Shown here: positions 63,174-64,000 of the stretch, piece after piece
How positions within the stretch are numbered: position 1 is the stretch's first letter
Layout of the letters: the number at the start of each line of letters is the position of its first letter
Assembly: GCA_002269645.1 (NCBI GenBank)
Contig: NIVC01002842.1
Coordinates: 1-64,000 of the forward strand
DNA from: Macrostomum lignano
Lineage: Eukaryota
Direction: 5' to 3'
Length of the DNA: 64,000 nucleotides
Notes under the pieces: generated by a model
Database searches by the model: none
Told to the model about the DNA's origin: nothing
What the model saw: the letters and a program-made list of their open reading frames with translations, nothing else
Position numbers and translations under genes: made by a program

Positions 63174-63985
63174 CTCCCAGATCCTCAGTTGCTGTGCCTG
63201 CCAGCCTCCCAGATCCTCAGTTGCTGTGCCTGCCAGCCTCCCAGATCCTCAGTTGCAGGGTCAGCCTCCCAGATCCTCAGTTGCAGGGCCACCCTCCCAG
63301 ATCCTCAGTTGCAGGGCCAGCCTCCCAGATCCTCAGTTGCAGGGCCAGCCTCCCAGATCCTCAGTTGCAGGGCCAGCCTCCCAGATCCTCAGTTGCAGGG
63401 CCACCCTCCCAGATCCTCAGTTTCAGGGCCAGCCTCCCAGATCCTCAGTTTCAGGGCCACCCTCCCAGATCCTCAGTTTCAGGGCCACCCTCCCAGATCC
63501 TCAGTTGCAGGGCCACCCTCCCAGATCCTCAGTTTCAGGGCCAGCCTCTCAGATCCTCAGTTGCAGAACCACTCTCCCAGATCCTCAGTTTCAGGGCCAG
63601 CCCCCCAGATCCTCAGTTGCTGGGCCACAGCCTCCCAGATCCTCAGTTTCAGGGCCACCCTCCCAGATCCTCAGTTGCAGGGCCACCCTCCCAGATCCTC
63701 AGTTGCTGGGCCACAGCCTCCCAGATCCTCAGTTTCAGGGCCACCCTCCCAGATCCTCAGTTTCAGGGCCACCCTCCCAGATCCTCAGTTGCAGGGCCAC
63801 CCTCCCAGATCCTCAGTTTCCGGGCCAGCCTCTCAGATCCTCAGTTGCAGGGCCACTCTCCCAGATCCTCAGTTTCAGGGCCAGCCCCCCAGATCCTCAG
63901 TTGCTGGGCCACAGCCTCCCAGATCCTCAGTTGCAGGGCCAGCCTCCCAGATCCTCAGTTGCTGGACCAGCCTCTCAGATCCTGG
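63174..63985 (+). repeat. 28-bp intronic minisatellite (CCTCCCAGATCCTCAGTTGCAGGGCCAG)n
   Basis: About 28 units, starting just after the splice donor. Confidence 0.93.
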
Positions 63986-64000
63986 GACTAATTAAACAGT

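Overview
Eukaryotic (animal) genomic DNA from an indel-prone, apparently long-read assembly, with one 258-N gap. GC-rich exons and minisatellite-filled introns suggest a Macrostomum-like flatworm, but that is inference only. (1) 1-5.3 kb: the 3' exons of an epsilon-tubulin gene (TUBE1), whose introns are filled with minisatellites and include one GC-AG intron. (2) 7.7-35.5 kb, the main discovery: an intronless coding region of at least 27.8 kb with a two-tier architecture, [118-aa repeat x16.6]-[unique domain U1]-[91-aa repeat x47]-[U2]-[97/98-aa repeat x~23]-gap. The three repeat units share one ~55-aa helical core plus an acidic linker, and U1 and U2 are paralogous ~370-aa domains. The ORF track splits the region into three ORFs, but U1/U2 homology continues through shifted frames at four -1 breaks. 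It therefore most likely encodes one protein of more than 9,000 aa from a family I do not recognise. (3) 35.8-40.2 kb: a ~661-bp tandem array. (4) 40-62 kb: minisatellites, a LINE remnant with an in-frame 75-bp amplification, a foldback/TIR element, a tRNA-derived SINE, a CpG-depleted and TpA-rich domain, and a hAT MITE with nested retro-insertions. (5) 62.6-64 kb: the probable start of an unknown gene, followed by another intronic minisatellite.
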